64,000 nt of DNA from Owenia fusiformis (taxonomy: Eukaryota): the NCBI GenBank assembly GCA_903813345.2, contig CAIIXF020000001.1, forward strand, positions 35,898,001-35,962,000, given 5' to 3'. Position 1 is the first letter of the stretch. Each line of letters begins with the position of its first letter. This document shows, piece by piece, positions 52,778 through 64,000 of the stretch. The position numbers and the translations under genes were made by a program. The notes beneath the pieces were generated by a model. It did not search any database. It saw nothing but the letters and a program-made list of their open reading frames with translations, and was not told the origin of the DNA.

Positions 52778-52888
52778 CGAACTGCAAATTTTTTTAATTT
52801 TAAGTACGTCAGTTATTTAATGGTTTCTTTTCCGAACTGCAAATTTTTTTAATTTTAAGTACGTCAGTTATTTAATGGTTTCTTTTCC
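52778..52888. repeat. ~55-bp tandem duplication
   Basis: cgaactgcaaatttttttaattttaagtacgtcagttatttaatggtttcttttcc occurs twice. Confidence 0.85.
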
Positions 52889-53739
52889 ATGGATTATTTC
52901 ATACTATAAACACAATTAAGTAATCTAAGAAAGGTATAAATGTCAACGTCTATGTTTAAGTTAATGGGATTATTTCTTAAAAGACAATGTAAAGACATTA
53001 ACATTGTATTTTTAACGCAACTAGGACATCCTTTTGAAATGAATATTTCCTAAAACGCCCCAAAAGTATGAATACATCCATCCAAATAGCTTGCATATCA
53101 CACCTAGCAGTCTGATTTAAATGTTAAGGGGCGAAATGCCATAAAATCAGCGGTGTAAGTTATGCATTGCCTTACAAGTCTTCAGTTAATCTATTATCTA
53201 TTTATATTGTGGATGTCCATTTGTCAAATATGTCACATTTCAAAATATATTTAGTGTTAAATTTGGCGTTAAATCGACGAAAAGATATCAGTTTCACCAC
53301 CGTTCTTATTTCGCACAGTTAGACTTTTAACAACTGATGCAATGGTTATTAATTTGGCGACTGTATCTTTTTGGGCTAAAACTCTAGCTAAACAATAAGA
53401 CATTGACAAATTAAAGAAGAAACGACCGATGATTTCCACTATCAAAATAAAGCAAAACGGATAGCCTTACTTTCACAAAGTACTGTGTTACGATTTATCA
53501 AATCCATAATTATAGAAATGTACAAACCCGGTGAAAAAATATGACATGATTCTAGTCTCCGAATTTGGAACTAAATCTAAGTCTACTTGTTCCATAGAAT
53601 GAACAACCTAAAAATCAAATATTATACTTATCAAATAGATAAATATCGATAACACTTTTTGACACTTTTGAAGATCGAAATTGCATTAGTTTCAATACGC
53701 TTATTTTATCAAAGTGTAGAAAGTAGTTAATATAGTTAC

Positions 53740-54021
53740 CTTATAAGTTAGCAAAGTATGTTGTCAAGGTGCCCCTCGTTTCGCTTGGGTTCTTGTTGCG
53801 AGTCTCACAAATGGCAGAGTCGACTGTAGGTTGTCTTATAAGGGATACTCTAATCAGATTATCAGCCTTAAAAGCATATTTCAAAGGTGATATCGTCCAA
53901 TTATTGGTAGCATCAATCGTGAATCATTAAATGTTATCTGTTCCTCTTGATGTGCGCCTGTGCTCGCTAAGATACAGATTTCGAAAGACAACTCACTGCA
54001 ATCCTAATATTGGTGACGTCA
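53740..54021 (-). promoter_or_regulatory. Candidate promoter and non-coding first exon of the neuropeptide gene
   Basis: On - strand: CRE palindrome TGACGTCA at 54014-54021, TATAAG at ~53840-53835, Inr-like CCATTT at ~53812 (28 nt downstream) and donor AAG|GTAACT at 53740. Confidence 0.5.
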
Positions 54022-54333
54022 ACAAGGGGGCGTCTCACGCTCGGCTATTTTATCCAAGTAAAGAAACGCGTTACCCCAATCCTAAAATGTATAGGACTGG
54101 CGGTAATCATTCATATTTTGTGTAACATTTTGCCCAAAAGAAAAAGTCAGCTTGACAGGAAAAATATATGAAACATTGTCAAAATCAATATCTAGATTTT
54201 AACCTATTCTTTATGGGTCTCTGAAGCTCGACATAATCCTGTTGGGGGTAATGGGCTATCCATTCAAAGTATGAAACCATTATTCAAAGGCGGCAGCCTG
54301 TCCCTATATATTTCGCTTTTCAAAACTAGGTTC

Positions 54334-54739
54334 GCTTCCTGGTCATCTCAACCCCAAGTCAACTCAACCCAGTAAAACTCAACCCCAGTAAAATTCAACC
54401 CCTATATATTTAAGTCCTGACAAATTTGTGTTCCACATGATATAAAAGTTTGTTGAATAAAATGCGTCATAATCTTGATTTAAGATTGTAATGAAATTAC
54501 TTTGAAATGGCATATAAAAACTGACAGTATACTTCAAAATGTAAGTTCTCTCCTAATCATCTAGGCCGTGTAAAGTAAAAAAGAATGAATGAATGAATGG
54601 GGTTGAGGGTTGAGTTGACTTGGGGTTGAGTTTTACCGGGCTTGAGTCTTACTGGGGTTGAGTTGACTTGGGGTTGAGTTTTACCGGGCTTGAGTCTTAC
54701 TGGGGTTGAGTTGACTTGGGGTTGAGATGACCTGTCACC
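54334..54739. mobile_element. MULE-like MITE with internally repeated TIR units
   Basis: ggtcatctcaaccccaagtcaactcaacc / ggttgagttgacttggggttgagatgacc. End architecture resembles the 907-1860 element. No TSD seen. Confidence 0.65.
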
Positions 54740-54836
54740 TGTTTGCCCGTCTGAACTTTTCTGTATCATTTGTATTAAACGGATTTAGAATGGAGAACCA
54801 AGCGAAATATAGGGTTATCTATGTACATAGCAATTA

Positions 54837-57800
54837 TAGTATGGGAGCAAAGGTCATTCCGTGTCCTTTTTAGAGGCGAGCTAAGCGACATTTATTTTCA
54901 GGAACTATACGTGATACTTACCAAGAAAAATTATGTTGGCAATTCTGAATCCGCGACGGCGTTGCTATGGTAACCAAGTAAATATGCCACGCCCACTTTT
55001 AGGGTCTCTTTTCAGTGTATGGTCCCTATCTCTGTCATTATTGCTCAGATTTAGGTGAAATTAACACCAAATGGAAGGTAATGGATAATGCAATCAGGAA
55101 ATATTAAGTTGACAATTCTGAATCCGATATGGCGTTGCTATGGTAACAAAGTAAATATGCCACGCCCACTTTTGGGAGCTATTTTCAGTGTTTGGCCCCT
55201 AACTTTGTCATTATTGCTCAGATTTAGATGAGATTTGCACCAAATTAAAGGTAATAGATGAGCAATCAAACAATCTTCAAAGTATGCCAATATGGTGATT
55301 TGCATTCTAACTATGACGTCAAAACTGTTTGTTCTTGCATATTTTATTTTAATCATAATGCATAAAATCTGGGAAATCATTGTCTTTCAAATGGTCAGTA
55401 TAATGCTTTTAACTAGTTTAGTTTATTTCTTTTAGTTGAGTTTATTAGTTTATTTCATTCATACATGTATGATCATAAAATTGAATAAATATAATGAAAG
55501 TGTCCAATTCACACTGTTGCTTTGGTGACAGCATGTAACAAACTATCTGCTGTAAACAAGAATTCTTTAGGAAATGTTACATTTTGACCAGTTGACTGAC
55601 ATGTATTCTTTTTAAAATTTGGTGACAGAAAATAATCTAATAACCATAGTTATCAAATTTGGATTGTGCTATATTATGATGTCATAATGGCAATTTTTAA
55701 TCAGGGGTGCAGCCAGCTTTCAGTCAGAACGGGCCTGCGATCGTGGGACAGGCAATCCAAAAGTATTTATAGGATACGTAGGTTTTGAATATTACAAAAT
55801 TTAGCAAAAAGCTTCAAGTTGAAAGTCTTCTTTTATCTAATGGTTCTATTTTTATTGGTTATTAGGGGGTGGGTGAACCCAGCGCCCCCCATCCCCCTAA
55901 GCACTGCCTATGTTAATCCAATATGATGTTGCTATGGTAACCATTAGGTGAATATGCTTGGTGAATCAGACAATACATGAATAATGTAGATTGGCTGACT
56001 GACATACTAAGTACCTGTTATGGTATCATAGCTGCTTTTTTGTGATTATTTTCTTGAAATAAGTTAAAATTGCTCAAAATGATTCCACTGTAATAGACAT
56101 TGGTACTAACTATTCCATTAATCGCCTAAAAACACTTGACAAACATTTTACAAAACACGAAATGTAATAATAAATTTCACAAATCCCCGATTTATTTCAC
56201 AATTTTGCTAAGATTAATTTTTGCGATTTTACCAAGCACGAAACTAAATAGCAGGCGAAAAATACCAGGAGTACAGTACCTGTTATAGTATCATAGCTGC
56301 TTTTTGTGATCATCTCTTGAAATAAGGTAAAATTGCTCAAAATGGTTCCAAATTGGAACCTTGTCCTTTGACATTCACCATAAAATTAAGCCAAAGCTGA
56401 AAACTATGATTGATTCCATTTCGTTACAAGTATGAAGTATGGAAGCTCCTGATTTCAGATATGCTTTTGGTTTTGAAATCCGACATCCGACCATTCGGTT
56501 CAAAATTGGTACAGTTATGTCTACATGACCTAAAAAGATGAAATAGGTATTGACCTATACCATAAAATGATATTTTTGTATGTAAATTGACACTGAACAT
56601 ATTTTTCGGATTTCGAAACCATTAGCATAAAATGATATTTTTGTATGTAAATTGACACCGAACATATTTTCGGATTTCAAAACCATTAGCAGCTATTAAT
56701 GCCACAATGGGTATGCCAGTCAGTCAATCGACATAATCCATGCATTGTCTGAATCTTTAGCTTTAATTTGATGAATATTTCATATACACTCAAGTTGTAA
56801 TCATATGACAAAGATAGAAGCAAAACTTTGGAAAAGCCCTGAACAGTGGGGGGATGGCATATTCACCTAGTTACCATAGCAACATCATATTGAATTAACA
56901 TAGGCATTGCCAGGGGGTGCGATGGGTGCGCCCCCATAAACAAAAAAATAGAACCATGAAATAGAAGAAGAGCTTCAAAATCATTTTGACTTAAAGCTTC
57001 TAGCTCAGTTTTGAAGGAAGTTGCATCAACTTTTGTAAAATTCAAAACAAATCTTTAAAACATTTTTAGTTGCTTGCCACAATCGAAATCCTCCCCCCTC
57101 TCCTGACTAAACGCTGGCTGCACCCCTGATTAAAATTGCCATTATGGCATCATAATATAACACAATTTAAATTAAATAATTTTCTATACTTATAAGATTA
57201 TTTTCTGTCATCATATTTTAAAAATAATACATGGGTCAGTCAACTAGTCAAAATGTAAAATTTCCCAAAGAATTCTTTTTATTACATCAGATAGTTTTGC
57301 TACGTGCTGTAACCATAGCAACAGCATAAATTGGAGATTTTCAATGCATTTTTAGATTTATTCAGTTTTTATGACCATGCAAGTATGAATGAAATAGAAT
57401 TATAAACTCAACTAAAATAAATAAACTAATTAACTAGTTAAAAGAATTACTGACTATTCTAAAGACAATAATTTCACAGATTAATACATCATGATTAAGA
57501 TAAAATATGCAAGAACAAACAGTTATGACGTCATAATCAATATGCAAATCATCCTATTTGCATAGTTTTGTCAACCTAATATCTCCTGATTGCATTATCT
57601 ATTACCTTCCATTTGGTCTGAATTTCATCAAAATCTGAGCAATAATGGTGGAGATGGGGGCCAAACACTGAAAAGAGCCCCTAAAAATGGGCATGGCATA
57701 TTTACTTGGTTACCATAGCAACGGCATCGCAGATTCAGAATTGCCCATAATATTTCTTGATCATACTTTATACATGTAAAGAAATAGAATGAAAATCAAT

Positions 57801-59215
57801 CATACTTTTCAGCTTTGGCCTACTTTTATGGTGAATATCATTATCAAAGGACAAGGTACCAATTTGGAATCATCTTGAGCAATTTTAGCTTATTTCAAGA
57901 AAATAATCATGAAAACAGCTATGATAGTCATACCATAACAGGTATGCCAGTCTGTCAATCTACATTCCCCATGCATTGTCTGATTCTTTAGTTTTCATTT
58001 GATGAAAATTTCATATAAATTTAGAGCTATCATCATGACAACTGAAAAAATCAAAACTTTGGAAAAGATCTGAAATTTGGGACGGAATATTCACCTGAAT
58101 ACCATAGCTAACGTAGGCATAGCCAGGGGTGTGATGGGGAAACCCCCACCCCCTCCCATTAACCAATAAAAATAGAACCATTAAAGAGAAGAGATTTAAA
58201 ATGCTTTTGACTTGAAGCTTCTAGCTCAATTTTGAAGAAATTTTTGTAAAATTTAAGAACAATTAAACATTTTTTGAGTTGCTTATGCCGAGATCGCATC
58301 CCCCCTCATTGAAAGCTGGCTGCACCCTGATTGAAAGCTGGCTGCGCCCCTGATTAATAATTGCCATTATGACATCATAATATAACACAATTTAAATTAG
58401 ATAAGTTTATATCGTTATTAGGTTATTCTCTGCTATCAAATTTTAGAAGGAATACATGTCAGTCAACTGGTCAAAATGTAACATTTCCCAAATAATTATT
58501 TTTATAGCAGATAGTTTTGCAACATACTGTTACCATAGCAACAACTTGAATTGGATATTTTCAGTACATTTTTTCAATTTTTTATAACCATACATGTATT
58601 AATGAAATAAACTTATAAACTCAACGAAAATAAATAAACTAATTAACTACTTAAAAGCATTACTGACGCTTTTAAAGACAATATTTCCACAGATTTATAC
58701 ATCATGATTGAAATAAAATGTGCAAGAACTAATGGTTATGACGTCATAATTAGTATGCAAATCACTTTATTTGCATATTTTATAAATTGTTTCATTGCTC
58801 TTTCCATTACCTTTCATTTGGTACAAATCTGAGCAATATTGACGAAGATAGGGACCAAACACTGAAAAGAGCCCCTAAAAGTGGGTGTGGGATATTTACT
58901 TTGTTACCATAGCAACGCCATATCGGATTCAGATTTACCAACTTAATATTTCCTGATTGCATTATCCATTATATCATATAATTTCATATAAATCTGAGCA
59001 ATAATGACAGAGATAGGGGCCATACACTGAAAAGAGCCCCTAAAAGTGGGCGTGGCATATTTACTTGGTTACCATAGCAACGCCGTCGCGGATTCAGAAT
59101 TGCCAACATCATTTTTCTTGATCAGTATCACGTATAGTTCATGAAAACATATGTCGCTTAGCTCGCCTCTAAAAAGGACACGGAGCCTCTTATTTGGACT
59201 TTTGCTCCCACACTA
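54837..59215. mobile_element. Academ-like non-autonomous foldback transposon, 4.4 kb
   Basis: ATTA|TAGTATGGGAGCAAA ... TTTGCTCCCACACTA|ATTA (TAG..CTA termini, 4-bp TSD). Inverted arms exceed 1 kb, and the right arm is internally duplicated with a ~1.2-kb period. Confidence 0.85.
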
Positions 59216-61099
59216 ATTAGATGCCATTTGAATATAAGATTTGGTGGTACATGGTCCAAGATAGCACTTTCATCTTGAGCTTATATTTCATCTCATTAGA
59301 TGTCATTAAACGTGTGCCCGTGTCAATATCTTATGGCAGTCACAATGGAAGAGAACACAATATTGAAGATAACAAAATGCTTATTATGTAATTATGGACC
59401 TATATTAATTAATTGCATTGGTATGTGTAATCATTTACATTCTAATAAAAAATACAATTTCCGTAGGAACATGCGCTTCTAGTTTCTGGCAGATGGCTAT
59501 GATGTTTGGTTTGCATTTTGTGTTCCTAATTCAATTCTATGTTGTATATTATTATCAAAATATATGCATGACATCATGTTTTTATATTTGCGTTATTTCT
59601 TTGAATTAAGTTTGAAAAATGCAAAGCAACATTTTTCTTTGCATGTGCTTTCCTCCAATTTTGAAAACCAGGGCATACGCTAATTTATGGAATGTTGGAA
59701 GTTCCATAACGTTCTCTTGAAAACCCATGTCTTTGTATAATCACATTAGGCCGATGCAAGGAAAATAGTTGTGTAAATTGGTCCAGACTTGTAGCTAACG
59801 TATGGCGTATCTTGCATCTAATAAGAACTCAAAGCGTTTAAGGGGCGGAATATATTTTCCACATCTCATTCTTTTTGGCAGTTGAGCTACCACATCATTC
59901 AAGATGTACACTCGTATGGGCGTAGCCAGAAATGAGGCAGGCGAGATTCCTCGCTAAAAATTTACATCGATTTCTGTCATTCATGCAACCGTTCAACTGA
60001 TACTTTGAAAACTAATGATCGTGTTTGATAGCGTTTTAGCTAAAAGTTGCCTCACTAAATTGATTTTGCCTCGCCATTCTGGCACGGTTATGCATTTTAG
60101 AGATAATGTCAATTTCAGAAAATATATCTTCAGAATGATAATTATTAACTAATGCTTAGTTTGCCTTGGGTACGTGCAATTATCATGATTAGGTGTAGAC
60201 AGAATATGAATCTGAGGCGGGTATATGTTGTGTACGATTTAAAATGATAAGGAGAAAAATGAGATAATTTTAGTGAAGCCAAACAACATCGTCTACGGTA
60301 GCAAGGGATGCGCGCGGACATAAAGATAAATGAGCTTAGTTCCCGTGTGACCAAACAAAACATCTTTATTTATTTAATATAAATACATGAAGCAAAAAGC
60401 AACCTTATCGAAGAAAATGCCATTTCCACGTCCGTACCTCTTAGAACCTTTAATTTAGTCAGTTTATAATACACATGAATCGTTTACAGTAAGATGACAT
60501 AACGATAAAAAGATCATCTCGGTCGTCCTGATCATTGTAACCCAGACATATCTTGTTTTGAGTCCATTGGATGGTGTATTTTTAATCAAATTGCAAAGTG
60601 ATTAAAACAAGATATGAAACATACAGGGTGAGCCAAAAAATATAACAAATTTGAATAACTCAGTCATCCAGCAGCGATTTGAACTCATATTTGGCACAAT
60701 TAAACCTTGCTCAATATTCTTTCATTCTAAGTTTCAACGGTCTACTGTTAATGGTCACTTTGTGTTTTATGGCCATTTTAAAAGACATGCTCCAAATGTG
60801 GAAAAATCACCCGATATGAACCCCAAACATGAAATCAACATGGTGTAAACTCAACATAATATTTCTAATACGTTTTCGCCAAGACGTCTTGGAATGTCAC
60901 GTGTAAAATAGGGCTAATATGAATGTATTCGAAATAGCGCACAGAAATCCTGCATTCCGACAGGCGTACATACCCTTTACCACATAATATTACTGTATAT
61001 AAGATGATCCAAATAAAGATTTAATTTGGTGTTATTTGGTGCTTCGTCGTTTTGCATAGACTAAAGATATAAAAAAAAGGTTTTGGTAAACGTGCTGCA

Positions 61100-61265
61100 C
61101 GGTAAAACCTGTATCAATGAATATATATCTTTCTCTAGTGAAAACCTCTTCTTATCAAATATTCCTCTGGCTTCTGTATGAAATTGCCTCTATAGAGTGA
61201 ACATCTACCAACTTGGAACACATTTTTTGGGCTCCATATGTGTTCACTGTACACATGTTTTACTG
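61100..61265. mobile_element. Tc1/mariner (pogo/Tigger-type) MITE, degenerate
   Basis: CGGTAAAACCTGT ... ACATGTTTTACTG|TA. Confidence 0.6.
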
Positions 61266-61979
61266 TAGTTGCATCGGATGACCATAACTCTTATTCAAAT
61301 AAAGAACAATCTTAAAATCAAATTTTGCATTTTCGTATTTCAAGATACACTCCACTTACCTTTTGGAACGACTAACAATCCACAGTTCATACCATTATAT
61401 GTATTTAGCTTCATCTTCATCAAATAATTTTACTTCAAATAGTCAAGTTACCGTAAAAATGACCATATCAGGCGATAGATCGACATTAGGCACTACGAAA
61501 GGCAAATACCCTACACTGAAATGAAGTTGACTATCATTTCCATGAGTTACCATGCAATATAAGTTGGATTGCAGTACAAACTGAGAAAAAAGCTTAAAAG
61601 TTGTCGTATATACATCTCAGAATTTGAATTTTGTACTTTATTACGTTTCATTTTTCAGAATACTTTACGAAAGAGATTTGACACGCTCGCTCCTCTTAAG
61701 TGTAGTTGTAAAGTATATATTATAAATCTAAATTCTTAACGTACTTCAGATTTGAAAATGCAATGTCACAGCGGACAAAAAAATGAAGCATTTTTTTTTA
61801 TGAAAAAAAATTAAAAATACCAAAGACATCAAGATCTCATTAATACCTTCAGAGTTATGCTTAAAACATATGTAAATATTATCATGTCACTTTGTTGTAC
61901 CATTAAAAAGAAATAAAAGAAATGGTACATTTTGGAGTATGATTATGATACTCCGGCGCCGTTTTCAATAGCTTTTAGT

Positions 61980-63730
61980 CTAGCTTTTAGATCCTCGGGA
62001 ACCTGTCTATAGGTGTATAATGAAAATGATGATAACTATAGTAAGTAGCAGAAGGTTTTCGAAATGAATGAAGTGGATGAGCTACTCCCGAAGTACAGGG
62101 TGTACCAAAAATGCAACCCACTTAACAAAGCATAACCAATAGAGTTTGACAATTTTTTCATCATAATTTATAAGTTGGTTAATGTTCTTTAAGTTGACAA
62201 AGTTTCATCATTGTAGAATGTGTATGTCCCATTTGCTGTTCATTTGAAGAATGTGCTACAAATGGCTAACACTTCTCCACAGACAGACTTCCACATGCCG
62301 TGTGAACTTAATTATGCTAAAAAAGATTTTGTTAAACTCTTGGTTAAAAAGATATGAATTGTTGGGTTGGTTGCATTTTTGGTACACCCTGTAATTGGCA
62401 CTCAACGAGTAAAACATTAAATATGGGGATAAAGCAACACTTGTTGCAATACTCGAAATACAAATAATGATGATTTTCAGGTAACAGGAGAAACTATTTC
62501 CAAGGAATATGACTATTACGGTATAGTAGATTAGTAGAACGGCTAGAAAGAACAAGTGAAGAAGTAATGGGACAAGGAGGGGGGATAGAATTGGAAATGT
62601 TTCCCTGGCTACGGTTCTTTGGAAATAGAGCCTATAAGGTTCTTGTGGAATATTTGCGTGTAAGAGATGATCTCTTTGGTCGTTGGATAACTGAATACAA
62701 AAAAATTTAAAAAACTATTTTTATAGTAATGGAGAAGTTATCATATTTTATCAATAGCGTTGTTTGATAGTCTTGCCTCAAGACTCTGTAAGTGTACTTA
62801 TTAGTCGTTGGGTGACCCCAAAAAACAGAACCCTCTAAAAGTGTAATTATTTCTGAAATACCTATCCCTATCAACCCAATCTTTTGTGTGCATTAACTAG
62901 AATCTATTGATGATAATATGATATAGGCCTAAAGGTTGTTTCATAAAATTGATTATTTGTGATATCATGGGTGATCTTAGAATGTGTCCAATTTTCGGAA
63001 AATCAACATTTTGACAAAATCATATCTTGAGATTTTATGAGAAATTCAGAGAGAAATTCCAAAGAGGACGTAAGATCAAAGTCTAATTTAATATTTTAAT
63101 GAAAAATGAAGAATAATTAAGCAATGGTAAAAATCAGATGACTGAAATGCCTGGCCTCTGAGCAAGAACACCTCAAACGCTGTACAAAATTCAAAATTCT
63201 GAATTTTCAAGAAATCGTTAAGACAGCAGAATGATCAGTCAAGAGCACTATATGACATGCGGTATCAAAATCGGATATTTAAAAACGAGTTGAAAGAGGG
63301 AGAAAGGAGACCCTTTACAGTTAAACACCCGAATGGAAATAATGATCAGCTTTCCTATCTTGGGAGGTTTCTAGGAATGGGGTATGAGAACACCTGAAAG
63401 CACTATGTGTGATTGCATTGAACGTAGTTTCAAAAGCACCACTCAGAAGTTTCAACATTTATGATATAAGTGTTCTTTTCGTTACCATTATATCATGTAT
63501 ATTCTAGCTTCCTGCCATTCGGTGCTGGTAGACGGGTGTGTTTGGGTGAAAATCTTGCCAAAGCGCGGCTTTTTCTTATGGTGACATGCTTCTTACAAAA
63601 GTTCAAGTTCTATCCTGAGGAGGACAACAATATTCCTTCTTCTGATCCAAGGACATTCACTATGGGAATAACTTTGAGACCTCCACCATATACATATATA
63701 TTATACAGTATCATAAGATCATATATATAA
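61980..63730 (+). pseudogene. Cytochrome P450 (clan 2, CYP17/CYP1/CYP2-like), fragmented
   Basis: Heme exon from 63508: FLPFGAGRRVCLGENLAKARLFL..FLQKFKF. Upstream remnants LDPREPVYRCIMKMMITI|gtaagt (ends 62040) and a 62481-62710 segment with FPWLRFFG that is frameshifted at ~62523-62538. No I-helix, ExxR or PERF exons found in between. Confidence 0.75.
62096..62391. mobile_element. Tc1/mariner MITE in a P450 intron
   Basis: TA|CAGGGTGTACCAAAAATGCAACC ... GGTTGCATTTTTGGTACACCCTG|TA. Confidence 0.85.
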
Positions 63731-63884
63731 TATATATATGTACAATAATATTATATCTACAATAATTGCAAAATTGAGAAAATAAACTAGTGTCGTGGTG
63801 TAGCAAATTTTACTGTGTCTTGAAGGATTACATTTAACAGGAATGATGCGCATGACAATTTCATGATTTTAACAGCTCAACGTA

Positions 63885-64000
63885 TGGCATGATTGGGGTA
63901 AGGTTTGATTGGGGTATGGTATGATTGGGGTAAGGGTTGATTTGGGTATGACATAATTGGGGTATGGTATGAATGTGGTAAGGGTTGATTGGGGTATGGT
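63885..64000. repeat. 15-bp minisatellite tgattggggta(tggta/agggt), runs off the window
   Basis: Direct reading, about 7 units. Confidence 0.85.

Noticed and set aside
61980..63730. P450 as a third member of a biosynthetic cluster with the synthetase/oxidase pair
   Set aside because: It is 23 kb away, separated by an unrelated gene, and appears pseudogenised.

Overview
AT-rich, intron-containing animal DNA, probably a marine invertebrate (lophotrochozoan-like; inferred from repeat and peptide types). Five genes could be reconstructed by hand. (1) The 3' part of a GPATCH8/ZNF804-family RS-domain gene (+, 10191-25666). (2) A complete 13-exon acyl-CoA synthetase/ANL-family gene (-, 35518-27812) whose last intron is GC-AG. 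(3) Head-to-head with it, an intact FMN-dependent alpha-hydroxy-acid oxidase (HAO-like, +, 37655-38921) with a rewired active site (SNHGARQ -> SNQGARH). (4) A 336-aa neuropeptide precursor (-, 50254-49244) predicted to yield 21 amidated peptides, mostly SGLVFamides. (5) A broken clan-2 cytochrome P450 (+, ~61980-63730). The rest is dense in non-autonomous DNA transposons (Academ-like foldbacks, MULE-like, Tc1/mariner MITEs, Helentron/HINE-like elements with satellite cores) and minisatellites. The strongest leads are the divergent synthetase/altered-oxidase pair and the expanded neuropeptide precursor. All calls were made by eye; no searches were run.
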